Source: a virus. From it: a stretch of 64,000 nt of DNA. The stretch covers positions 5,182 through 69,181 of IMG/VR virus record IMGVR_UViG_3300008448_000063, one strand, 5' to 3'. The position numbers were made by a program, and so were the translations under genes. The notes under the pieces were generated by a model. The model ran no database searches. It saw nothing but the letters and a program-made list of their open reading frames with translations, and was not told the DNA's origin. This document shows positions 1 through 8,378 of this stretch, in pieces; positions within the stretch are counted from its first letter, which is position 1; each line of letters starts with the position of its first letter.

Positions 1-2460
1 AATGCCCCATCCAATACATTGAAGAATAGTTTTCAATGGGTCAATAAAACTCTTTTCAAACTGAAGTTCATAGTCAACATATTTCACAAGATTTAATTCT
101 TTTGGAAACTGTTGAATAAAGGATAGTACATTTTCCCTAATTGGATTAGCCTTTTTCAAATAACAAAATTTAATCTTTTCGCCATTATTAATAAAAGGAT
201 ATTTATTATCCAAGTTGTGTTGCTTGATATAGTGATTATACAGCAAGCATCCTCTGATGTGAATGGGACATCCTTTCTCATAGATTGAACTATAAGACCT
301 ATACTTGTTAATGTTATTTGCTGTTCTGGGGAAGGAAATTTCCTCAGGAGGCAATGCATAGAAAGTCTTCCTAGACTTATCAATGTAATTGATCAAGTCA
401 TCCTCAGTTTTAGTCATGATAAGTTTAAGAGCATCCTTAATCATTTGCCTACAAGGTGCAGGTGTAGATGACTTAACTGCCTCAATACCCATGATCTTTA
501 GTTTAGGTTCAGAATACCTAACTCCTTCAGAATCCCATACATTCAAAATGTATCTCTTCTTAGCAGTCCAGATTCCACGATCAGCAATGTTTTCTCGCTT
601 CATCTGCATCTTCTGAGCATAAGCATTTACATAGTCAGCCAGTTCTTGGTAAGAACTTTCAATATAAGGCTCAAGTTCCATTTTACAGATCTTATCAAGG
701 AACCCAACAACTTTCTCATTAACCTTCTCTCTGCCTTTGTATACACTGTTGACCAAAGGACCCATATTAAGGTAAATAGAATCAGTATCCGAAGCAATAA
801 CATAATCAACATCATTGGTCTTAAGAATTTTGTTTAAGTAAGTGTTCATTTTATTTTCAATCCATCTGATAGATACCTGACCAGATAGAGTGACTGCTTC
901 TGCATTTTCAATCCTAAAATACCTAAAGTATTCATTACCTACAGCACCATAGGCAGAATTAAGTTGAATCTTTCTTGCTAATTGAATGTTGTTGCAACGA
1001 GCAATTTCCTTCTCCAATTCTTTGGTTGGTGTTTTCTCATACTCCTGCTTAGCAGCAAGCATCTTCTTTTTGTAGATTGTTCTTTCACTATAAATTTTAT
1101 CCATTAGTTCAGGAAGAAATCCTCTAACATCTTTCCTAAACATTGCACCATTGGCACAAACAGCATACTGTTTATAATTGTCAAAATCTACAGACTTATT
1201 AAGAATTTTGTCTACTGATATATTTGGATGCCTTTCTTCCAAAAGAGTTTCTGGAGAAATATTGTACATCATGATTAGGTGAGGATATAGAGAGTTCAAG
1301 TCAAAACTCACAACCCAATCATACTTACCAGGAATTGGTTCCTTTACATATGCACCTGCATACTTAGAATCCTTTTTAGTATCTTTCTTAAAGGGAATAA
1401 CAATGTCCTTAGACCTTAAGTAATTGTAGATGATGGAATCCCACATCCTTACCTGATAAAACACATCATTGAAATTGCACTTAGCATCATATGCCATAGT
1501 AATTGCAAGTTCAATAAGACGCATTTTATCTTCAAGTCTATCTACAAGTTCTACGTCTTTGATGTTGTATTCTACAAACTTTTGCCAGTCCTTTGTATAA
1601 AACTCTTTAAAAGTATCATACTCAGAGTGATCCAACTTATTCTGCCCAAGTTCAACAAAGGCAATGTGATCAAGACGATAAGACTCCTGATTTGTATAAG
1701 TAAACTTCTTATACAATTCAAGATAGTCTAGAACTGTAGTACCTGCAATATCATACCTAGTATGAGGTCTACCATTTACAATGACTTGATTTTCAGTAAC
1801 AATTCCCCAAGTAGAAAGTTGTTTAGCAACCTTCTCTCCAAGAACTTTAGATATTCTCCTATAAAGATAGGGAATATCATAATACTCACAATTCCATCCA
1901 GTGACTACTTCCGGACAATTCTGTTCCCAATAAAACATGAATCTATCCAAAAGATCATACTCACTATTACAATGAATATAATTTACATTTGGATTAGTGT
2001 TAAGGAAAGGTTTAATTCCCCAGGTAATAATCTTTTTAGTAGAGTAATCCTGAATGGAAATTGTTAGCACTTCTTCTTGAACTGATTCAACATCTGGGAA
2101 TCCCTTCTCAGATGCAACCTCAATGTCAATTGTAATTAATTTGATTTTAGAAATATCAAACTTAATTGATTCTTCTTTATAGTTTTCTGAAATATATTGA
2201 TTGATATACCTAGTGTTTCCATAGAGTTGAAAGTTATCAATCTTTTGATACTTATCAATGAACTCTCTGGTTTCCCTAATAGTTCCTGGTTTAACTTCTT
2301 CTACGTATTTCCCTTCAAGAGTCTTAAATTTAGTTTTCTTATTGCTAGTTACATACAAAGTTGGGTAGAACATTTGTCTGTTTTTGAAATGTTCTCCATT
2401 ATCAAACCCTCTAGAAAGTATTTCATTTCCAACAAGAACTACATTGGTATAAAAATTCAT
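1..2460 (-). CDS. gp43: Family B DNA polymerase (3' end runs off the left edge of the window)
   Basis: Hand translation from ATG at 2460 gives MNFYTNVVLVGNEILSRGFD. Exo I (TIDIEVASE), motif A (WVVSFDLNSLYPHLI), motif B (KIQLNSAYGAVGN) and motif C (IASDTDS) are present. Absent from the ORF track because the stop lies outside the window. Confidence 0.97.
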   Translation of the reverse strand, partial: MNFYTNVVLVGNEILSRGFDNGEHFKNRQMFYPTLYVTSNKKTKFKTLEGKYVEEVKPGTIRETREFIDKYQKIDNFQLYGNTRYINQYISENYKEESIKFDISKIKLITIDIEVASEKGFPDVESVQEEVLTISIQDYSTKKIITWGIKPFLNTNPNVNYIHCNSEYDLLDRFMFYWEQNCPEVVTGWNCEYYDIPYLYRRISKVLGEKVAKQLSTWGIVTENQVIVNGRPHTRYDIAGTTVLDYLELYKKFTYTNQESYRLDHIAFVELGQNKLDHSEYDTFKEFYTKDWQKFVEYNIKDVELVDRLEDKMRLIELAITMAYDAKCNFNDVFYQVRMWDSIIYNYLRSKDIVIPFKKDTKKDSKYAGAYVKEPIPGKYDWVVSFDLNSLYPHLIMMYNISPETLLEERHPNISVDKILNKSVDFDNYKQYAVCANGAMFRKDVRGFLPELMDKIYSERTIYKKKMLAAKQEYEKTPTKELEKEIARCNNIQLARKIQLNSAYGAVGNEYFRYFRIENAEAVTLSGQVSIRWIENKMNTYLNKILKTNDVDYVIASDTDSIYLNMGPLVNSVYKGREKVNEKVVGFLDKICKMELEPYIESSYQELADYVNAYAQKMQMKRENIADRGIWTAKKRYILNVWDSEGVRYSEPKLKIMGIEAVKSSTPAPCRQMIKDALKLIMTKTEDDLINYIDKSRKTFYALPPEEISFPRTANNINKYRSYSSIYEKGCPIHIRGCLLYNHYIKQHNLDNKYPFINNGEKIKFCYLKKANPIRENVLSFIQQFPKELNLVKYVDYELQFEKSFIDPLKTILQCIGWGI

Positions 2461-2723
2461 TTAATAGTTTTCAAATAAAGTTCAATTTGATCTGGTTTTG
2501 GATCTACAATAGTAAAGATTGAATCTGAGTGAATCTTAAGTTCTCTCTGATCAGTAAATACTGGCCACTTTCTCATCTCATATGAAGTTGAGTTTGAAAT
2601 AAGCATTTGAACTGGATTAACCAATTTACAATCAGGTTCTCCCAAATCTGCTCCAGCAACTTCATGTACCTCAGTCATCAGAATGGAATCATTCTTCAGA
2701 ATCAGAATTTTCAGGTTTTGCAT
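2457..2723 (-). CDS. Conserved T4-like cyanophage hypothetical protein (possible Sm-like fold)
   Basis: ORF abuts gp43; N-terminal KILILK and LxNP pattern shared with the neighbouring ORF. Confidence 0.75.
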   Translation of the reverse strand: MQNLKILILKNDSILMTEVHEVAGADLGEPDCKLVNPVQMLISNSTSYEMRKWPVFTDQRELKIHSDSIFTIVDPKPDQIELYLKTIK

Positions 2724-2970
2724 TTACACTCTCCAAATAAGATTTAGCAACTTCATCAATAGGATCAACCATAGTTACCACCCAATCAGAAGGAATTTTA
2801 ATTGTTGTTTCTTTAGACAGGGGGATGTATGGATAAAATCCAATCTTGTCTCCATCAAGTCTAGTTACATATGGATTACTCAACTCATACCATTTTCCAA
2901 GAATATCTTCAGAAGTAACATCAGCAATGACATCTTCTAAAGATTTCAGGATTAAAAGTTTAACAGACAT
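2689..2970 (-). CDS. Conserved T4-like cyanophage hypothetical protein (possible Sm-like fold)
   Basis: MSVKLLILKSLEDVIADV...LSNPY...VVTMVDP; typical position between hsp20 and gp43. Confidence 0.75.
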   Translation of the reverse strand: MSVKLLILKSLEDVIADVTSEDILGKWYELSNPYVTRLDGDKIGFYPYIPLSKETTIKIPSDWVVTMVDPIDEVAKSYLESVNAKPENSDSEE

Positions 2971-3688
2971 AATTTTCCAAAGTAAGTGTTTTATCTTGAA
3001 GTTTTAAGATGTGATCAGCAAGTTTATCTATGTAACCTTTGTTTCTAAGTTCTTTAAAAACAAGATTCTCAAAGGAGAATTCTCCCCCCTTGTCTAAACC
3101 TGCATTTCTCATATCTCTGAGTTTAGATAGAAGATTTTTTAAAACATCTTCATCAGTTGCAGTGGCAACTGTTCTATCTATTTTCCTCATCATATCATGA
3201 ACCTTGCTATTAAGCAAGTCAGTATCCAGTTCTCCAGTGAATTTGCCAGGAAGCATCACCCACTTTTTATATTTTATTGAGTAGACTCCTTGATTCTTTC
3301 TTCTCTTTTTACCAATGTCCTCTACATATGGTTCAATGTCATGTCCATAAATCTTAGCATTGTGTGTTAACTTCCAAAGTTGTTTCTTATCCTCATACAT
3401 ATCAGATGCCAAATCTGGACACTCTGTTGCTTGCTTGAGGTCTACAACTATATGAAGATCTAAATCTGAGTACCTTGTGTAATTATATCCTGCATTCCCT
3501 CCCAGCAATAAAATATCTTGAACTGATGACTTTTTCAGTCCTACAAATTCAGTCCAGGCATCTGCTACTTTTTTTAAATGCTTTGATACTTCAGGTTTTA
3601 ATTTATCATTGACCCAAAATTTAGGATTAAGTTGTGTATTAACCTTAAAAGATATTGATTCCTCAAGGAATTGATTATATGTTTTCAT
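2960..3688 (-). CDS. Pol-beta superfamily nucleotidyltransferase with N-terminal capsid-targeting-like sequence
   Basis: LLGGNAGYNYTRYSDLDLHI matches hG[GS]x9-13DhDh; candidate third acidic residue in HDIEPYV; N-terminus MKTYNQFLEE. Confidence 0.75.
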   Translation of the reverse strand: MKTYNQFLEESISFKVNTQLNPKFWVNDKLKPEVSKHLKKVADAWTEFVGLKKSSVQDILLLGGNAGYNYTRYSDLDLHIVVDLKQATECPDLASDMYEDKKQLWKLTHNAKIYGHDIEPYVEDIGKKRRKNQGVYSIKYKKWVMLPGKFTGELDTDLLNSKVHDMMRKIDRTVATATDEDVLKNLLSKLRDMRNAGLDKGGEFSFENLVFKELRNKGYIDKLADHILKLQDKTLTLENYVC

Positions 3689-3702
3689 TAACCCTTTTTA
3701 GA

Positions 3703-3710
3703 TATTTATA
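3703..3710 (-). promoter_or_regulatory. T4-type late promoter (TATAAATA) upstream of the nucleotidyltransferase gene
   Basis: Exact TATAAATA on the minus strand, 14 nt before the ATG. Confidence 0.8.
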
Positions 3711-3750
3711 AAAAAGGGGGGGATGGATGGTCTTAGTCATCCTCCCCCTT
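3710..3750 (-). terminator. Rho-independent terminator after hsp20
   Basis: GGGGGAGGATG...CATCC-A-TCCCCC stem followed by a T-tract. Confidence 0.75.
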
Positions 3751-3773
3751 GCGCCGACGATATTCTTAATTAT

Positions 3774-4208
3774 TTAGAACCAAACTCTTTTCTTCTGATG
3801 TTCAGGTACAATCTTAGAAAGTTTAATTGAAAGAAGACCATCCTCAAATGCAACTTCTCTTACTTCAACATCATCTGAAATTGTCCATACTCTAGTGAAT
3901 GCTCTATTGGCAAGTCCATGGTGCACATATTCTTTGTCATTATTAACTTCTCTTTCCCCCTCAATGAAGAGTTTATTGTTTTCTGTATAGACAGTAATCT
4001 GATCTTTCTTAAATCCTGCAAGAGCAACTTCCACTCTAAACTCAGTATTACTCTCTTTAATTACATTATATGGAGGATAGTTTGTATCTGTTTGATGCAG
4101 TGCTCCCATTCTATGGAACCATTCATCCATTCCAATAGAATACTTATCAATATCATTTAAGAATTTTTCAATGTTTGAGGCGTTATATTTCGCTAATGTG
4201 TTGTACAT
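3774..4208 (-). CDS. hsp20: Small heat-shock protein Hsp20 (IbpA family)
   Basis: NYPPYNVIK, VEVALAGF, HHGLANRAFTR and FEDGLLSIKL alpha-crystallin motifs; AGGAG RBS. Confidence 0.95.
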   Translation of the reverse strand: MYNTLAKYNASNIEKFLNDIDKYSIGMDEWFHRMGALHQTDTNYPPYNVIKESNTEFRVEVALAGFKKDQITVYTENNKLFIEGEREVNNDKEYVHHGLANRAFTRVWTISDDVEVREVAFEDGLLSIKLSKIVPEHQKKRVWF

Positions 4209-4281
4209 GGTAGATCTCCTAAAGCATCTGTGTGTTTGTGAACCCAGTTGGCATTCACATTATTAATTATACTACAAGCAT

Positions 4282-4306
4282 AAAAAAAGGGGATAGTAAT
4301 ATCCCC
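4282..4306 (-). terminator. Rho-independent terminator after regA
   Basis: GGGGATA-TTAC-TATCCCC followed by T7. Confidence 0.85.
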
Positions 4307-4312
4307 ACAAAA

Positions 4313-4753
4313 TTATTCAGTTTCCTCTACTCTTTTTTTCTTAGAACCAATATTGTACTTGGTTTCTAGAACCCAATCATTCTTATCCTTATAAGAAAGA
4401 ACTTTAATTTGATTGAGAGGAGCAATATCTTGGATTTTACTCACATCTACAATAGTGATAAGACCCCAATCTGCAAGCAGTTGTGCAATTCTATTTCTCC
4501 TTTGAACATCATTCAAAGTAAGATTTGCGTGCTTGCCATCAAGAGCAAACAACTCTTTAAAATGGACAAGATAATATCTACCTTGCTTATGAAGAATGTG
4601 GCAAGATTGATAGATCTTCTTTTCCTTTCTAGATGCAACACCAATCCTAGTGAGTGTCTCACGAACCTTCAAAAAATCATCAGGTTCATTAAGAATAACC
4701 TCTACCATTTGGTTAGGAGTCCACTTCACTTCAGGTTCATTAACTACACTCAT
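4313..4753 (-). CDS. regA: Translational repressor RegA
   Basis: DDFLKVRETLTRIGVAS, QSCHILHKQGRYYLVHFKELFALDG. Confidence 0.97.
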   Translation of the reverse strand: MSVVNEPEVKWTPNQMVEVILNEPDDFLKVRETLTRIGVASRKEKKIYQSCHILHKQGRYYLVHFKELFALDGKHANLTLNDVQRRNRIAQLLADWGLITIVDVSKIQDIAPLNQIKVLSYKDKNDWVLETKYNIGSKKKRVEETE

Positions 4754-5136
4754 TTTCTTCCTCCAGTTTCAAGTTTAGATTTAATAAAGTTAATTTGGTC
4801 TTCTGAGAGAATTCTCAAAGCTTGTTTTGCCTTTTCATTACTATAACCATAGTAAGATTTAACTACTTCAAGATCTTTGATTTTTTCTTGTTTAATCCAA
4901 GGAGAGTATCTTTTCCTTGTTCTGACACTATTTATAAAAAAGTCATATTGCATTTTCTTAGGCAATGAATGATTCTTATTCATTTCATTTGCATACATCA
5001 AAGTATCAATAGTCCCAGACAAACATCTGTTGATAATATATGGTGGATAATCTTTCTCTGAAGATGGATCTTCATCCAGAATATTAATTTTGGATTGATT
5101 AATTGACCCCAACCAATCTTTTAGTTCATGCTTCAT
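4750..5136 (-). CDS. gp62: Clamp loader small subunit
   Basis: YPPYIINRCLS, MQYDFFINSVR, VKSYYGYSNEKAKQAL; synteny upstream of regA. Confidence 0.93.
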   Translation of the reverse strand: MKHELKDWLGSINQSKINILDEDPSSEKDYPPYIINRCLSGTIDTLMYANEMNKNHSLPKKMQYDFFINSVRTRKRYSPWIKQEKIKDLEVVKSYYGYSNEKAKQALRILSEDQINFIKSKLETGGRK

Positions 5137-5956
5137 AATTAATAAGAACCAATTCCTTCCTCTGGTGTTGTTCCATCATATATTCTCCCACTGACCTCAT
5201 AGTGTATGTGTGGGCAAACTCAAATGCTTTCCAATCTTTAAATCTATTTCTAACCAACTGAGTAGAATTATAACTTACCATCATATCCATGTTAGGCACA
5301 GAATCACAATCAGCAGCAAACTTATCGTGATCAAATCCTTTGTGCATTGATCCTTTGTTCCCATAGAGATTATCCTTAATATCATAAGGAGGATCAAGAT
5401 AGAGAAAAACAGTACCATCTCCATCCAACATCTGATTGTAGGAATAATTAGTTATATTCCACTTCTCAATCAATTTAGAATACTCTGGAAGTTTCTCAAT
5501 TCCTCTAACTGAAAAATTGTTTTCTGATGCTTGTGCAGAGAAAGAAGAACTTTCAGTCAATCCACTAAAAGAACACTTATTCAAAACATAAAAAGATACT
5601 GCTCTATCAAATGGTTTTGATTTAGGATGAGCAAGACATTCTTTAGACTCTGCAAATAAAAGTCTTGCTCTGTCTGGTGTTGAATAAGTTTGTTTTAAGT
5701 TTAAGATCTGCTCTGTAAATTTTTCTCCTTCGGACTGAAGAACTTTCCAAAAATTTACCAGTGGTTCATATAAGTCATTTACCCAAATAGAAATATCTGG
5801 GTACTGTTTTGTGACTGCAATTGCCATAGAACCACCACCAACAAATGGTTCTCTAAATTCTCTATAATTGTAGAGGTCTGGAAGATGCTGAAACAGTTTA
5901 GGAACTGCTCTAGACTTTCCTCCAGGGTAACGAAGACAAGTTTTAAGGGATTTCAT
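5126..5956 (-). CDS. dam: DNA adenine methyltransferase (Dam/D12 class)
   Basis: LRYPGGKS, EPFVGGGS (motif I), YLDPPY (motif IV). Confidence 0.93.
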   Translation of the reverse strand: MKSLKTCLRYPGGKSRAVPKLFQHLPDLYNYREFREPFVGGGSMAIAVTKQYPDISIWVNDLYEPLVNFWKVLQSEGEKFTEQILNLKQTYSTPDRARLLFAESKECLAHPKSKPFDRAVSFYVLNKCSFSGLTESSSFSAQASENNFSVRGIEKLPEYSKLIEKWNITNYSYNQMLDGDGTVFLYLDPPYDIKDNLYGNKGSMHKGFDHDKFAADCDSVPNMDMMVSYNSTQLVRNRFKDWKAFEFAHTYTMRSVGEYMMEQHQRKELVLINYEA

Positions 5957-6137
5957 AATCAGGTTTGTTGTACTTCAAATATTCCCAAAAGGTTAATTTC
6001 ATTTCCTTTTGTGTCATTCCACAATGTTTTGCTGCAGCAGGTAGAGTCATCTTTGCCCTAAACAATGCTTCATTTGCTTCTCTTACATTTTCTGGAGTTG
6101 TCTTAACTGGTTCTTCTTTTAAGTTCTGGTATTTCAT
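5943..6137 (-). CDS. Small hypothetical protein, possible helix-turn-helix
   Basis: MTLPAAAKHCGMTQKEMK has an HTH-like pattern; 4-nt overlap with the gp44 stop. Confidence 0.65.
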   Translation of the reverse strand: MKYQNLKEEPVKTTPENVREANEALFRAKMTLPAAAKHCGMTQKEMKLTFWEYLKYNKPDYEIP

Positions 6138-7078
6138 TTAAAATTACACTCCACCATAATTTCAGTTAGTGCTGCCAGAAGATTAATTTCCTGATCAGCA
6201 ACAAAAGCAGATTGATACTGGTACTTAGCAACAATCAAAACTGTAGCAGCAATACTAGGACCATCTAACTTCTCATAAAGAGAATCATAAACTTTTCTAA
6301 GGATTGTAGAAGAATCATTATCTAAGTTCAAAGAAACCCATTTCCTAACCTCAGGAAAGTTCTTTTCCTTTAGATGTTTAATTAAATCAGTTACTGTTAC
6401 ATCACTGAAGGATGTAAGAATTCCAGAATCAATTTCTCCACCAACAGAATACCTTTGGCATTCATTTAGAACTCTCCTCCAGTCAGGGAAATGAGTATTG
6501 ATTATTTGTGCAATAACCTTTTGATCATACTTAATACTCTCTTCCTCAAGAATAAACCCGAGACGCTTGAAGAATTCTCCTGCAAGTTTTGCTTTTTCTT
6601 TTCCTTTGATTGAGAATTCAACAACTGCACATCGAGAGTGAAGAGGTTCAATAATTTTGTTTTTGTAGTTGCAAGTAAAGATGAATCTACAGTTTTTATA
6701 GAACGTCTCAATATTTGCCCTAAGTAGGAGTTGTACATCTGTGGTGGTATTGTCTGCTTCGTCAATAATGATGACTTTATGTTTTCCAGTTGCTTGAAGT
6801 GATACGGTCGAAGCAAAGTTCTTTGCTTGATTCCTGACAGTATCGAGAAATCTCCCTTCATCTGATCCATTGATGACATAATAATCTACTCCTAGTTCTT
6901 CACATAATGCTTTTGCTACTGTGGTTTTACCACATCCTGCAGGACCTGCAAGAAGTAGATTTGGGATTTCTCCACCATCTACAAATTCTTGAAATGTCTT
7001 TTTAATGCCTGCAGGCAAAATGCAATCTTCAATTTTCTTTGGGCGATATTTTTCTACCCACAAAAAGTCTTTACTCAT
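6134..7078 (-). CDS. gp44: Clamp loader AAA+ ATPase subunit
   Basis: LWVEKYRP, Walker A GPAGCGKT, Walker B IIIDEAD, SRC motif. Confidence 0.97.
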   Translation of the reverse strand: MSKDFLWVEKYRPKKIEDCILPAGIKKTFQEFVDGGEIPNLLLAGPAGCGKTTVAKALCEELGVDYYVINGSDEGRFLDTVRNQAKNFASTVSLQATGKHKVIIIDEADNTTTDVQLLLRANIETFYKNCRFIFTCNYKNKIIEPLHSRCAVVEFSIKGKEKAKLAGEFFKRLGFILEEESIKYDQKVIAQIINTHFPDWRRVLNECQRYSVGGEIDSGILTSFSDVTVTDLIKHLKEKNFPEVRKWVSLNLDNDSSTILRKVYDSLYEKLDGPSIAATVLIVAKYQYQSAFVADQEINLLAALTEIMVECNFK

Positions 7079-7080
7079 AA

Positions 7081-7227
7081 TCAAATAGGTTGAGGTCCTC
7101 CAACAATTATAGCAGATGGAATCTGTGCCTGAGCAATCTTCTTTGCTTGGGACTGACTATCTGCATCAACAACAACTTCCAGATAACGATTATCACCTGG
7201 AAGTTTATATCTTACTTTATACCTCAT
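7081..7227 (-). CDS. 48-aa hypothetical protein (MRYKVRYKLPGDNRYLEVVVDADSQSQAKKIAQAQ...)
   Basis: Hand-translated; exactly fills the gp45-gp44 gap and overlaps the gp45 stop (ATGA). Confidence 0.7.
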   Translation of the reverse strand: MRYKVRYKLPGDNRYLEVVVDADSQSQAKKIAQAQIPSAIIVGGPQPI

Positions 7228-7889
7228 TCAAAGGTTGAATCTGGTTCAAGTGCAATAAAGTACTTCAGATTATACTTCTCATTCACAAATTTAGCAGAGA
7301 GTTTCTTAGAAATAACCACATCATAAGAACCTGGAATAATCTTAATATTCTCCACTTTAAAGTTAAAAACAAACTCATCATCAGTTTCTCCAACAATGAT
7401 TGAGTACTCATTAGATGTATCATTGTTCTTGTCTCTAACTACCAGACTGATAACACCATTTGCTCCAATAGCAGAAAGGTCTGGAAGTTTATACACTGCA
7501 GAAGCTTTGATAAGTTTATCCAACTGAGAATGCTCCAATTGGAAACAAACATCTTGAGTTGGAAGATCAATATCTTTGTCTGGAGGAGACACAATCACTT
7601 CAGGATCTGCATAGAAATACTTAACTCTACGCTTACCCTCTTTAATTGTCAGATATGATTCATTAGTAAAATCCAAATCTGGGTCTTGATGCAAACTCAA
7701 ACCATTAAGGAATTCATTTAGATCATAAATTGCAAAGTCCTTCCCAAACTCTTCCTCAACATCAGCAACAGCATAGATGTTCCTGAGAATGGAAATAGTT
7801 TTGATCTGAGATCCTTGTTTGACCAGGATTGATTGATTAATATTAGAAAAGTTTTTAAGGATAGTAATAGTGTTGTCGGAAAGTTTCAT
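7224..7889 (-). CDS. gp45: Sliding clamp
   Basis: MKLSDNTITILKNFSNINQSI, FAIYDLNEFL, YFIALEPDS. Confidence 0.96.
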   Translation of the reverse strand: MKLSDNTITILKNFSNINQSILVKQGSQIKTISILRNIYAVADVEEEFGKDFAIYDLNEFLNGLSLHQDPDLDFTNESYLTIKEGKRRVKYFYADPEVIVSPPDKDIDLPTQDVCFQLEHSQLDKLIKASAVYKLPDLSAIGANGVISLVVRDKNNDTSNEYSIIVGETDDEFVFNFKVENIKIIPGSYDVVISKKLSAKFVNEKYNLKYFIALEPDSTFE

Positions 7890-8323
7890 CACTTGTTTTC
7901 AACTAGGTTAAGGTGGTTAATGAGAAGGATAGTATAGTGCAGGACTTTGAACAAGTCTGCACGAGGAGTCCCTTTAGTATCATACCTATCAATGTACTTA
8001 GTTACATTGCCAGCACAAAAACCTTCTCTACGATTGTGTTTGATCTTGTCTAGGGTCTGCTCTGTTCCTTCCCCAGTTCTATCAACATAATGCTGACTAT
8101 ATGTTGACTTAATATATTCTTCTAGTTGCTTGAGAATTTTATCCTCATTGTATTTCCAAAATCCATTATCTTTAGTCATAGTTTCCTCAAAAGTAATATA
8201 ATCAGGGGATTGTGGAGGAATCCAAAATCCCTCCCCACTCATAGACCATCCACCTTCTGCTGCTTGTGTCCAAGTCATACTATCAGCAGGAAGTTTCACA
8301 ATGTCCTCATCAGGTCCAAACAT
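7889..8323 (-). CDS. Conserved cyanophage hypothetical protein (DUF3310-like C-terminus)
   Basis: YIKSTYSQHY, GFCAGNVTKYIDRY, DLFKVLHY. Confidence 0.7.
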   Translation of the reverse strand: MFGPDEDIVKLPADSMTWTQAAEGGWSMSGEGFWIPPQSPDYITFEETMTKDNGFWKYNEDKILKQLEEYIKSTYSQHYVDRTGEGTEQTLDKIKHNRREGFCAGNVTKYIDRYDTKGTPRADLFKVLHYTILLINHLNLVENK

Positions 8324-8349
8324 AAAATAAAATAGACTGAACTACAGGT

Positions 8350-8378
8350 AGTTTAGCAAAAAAACTCTCTTCAGTCAA
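8350..8378 (-). promoter_or_regulatory. Sigma70-type promoter feeding the clamp/clamp-loader operon
   Basis: TTGACT-17 nt-TAAACT with TG extended -10. Confidence 0.65.

Noticed and set aside
156-2478. Short ORFs listed across 156-2478
   Set aside because: They overlap the continuous gp43 reading frame, which the track missed because its stop lies outside the window
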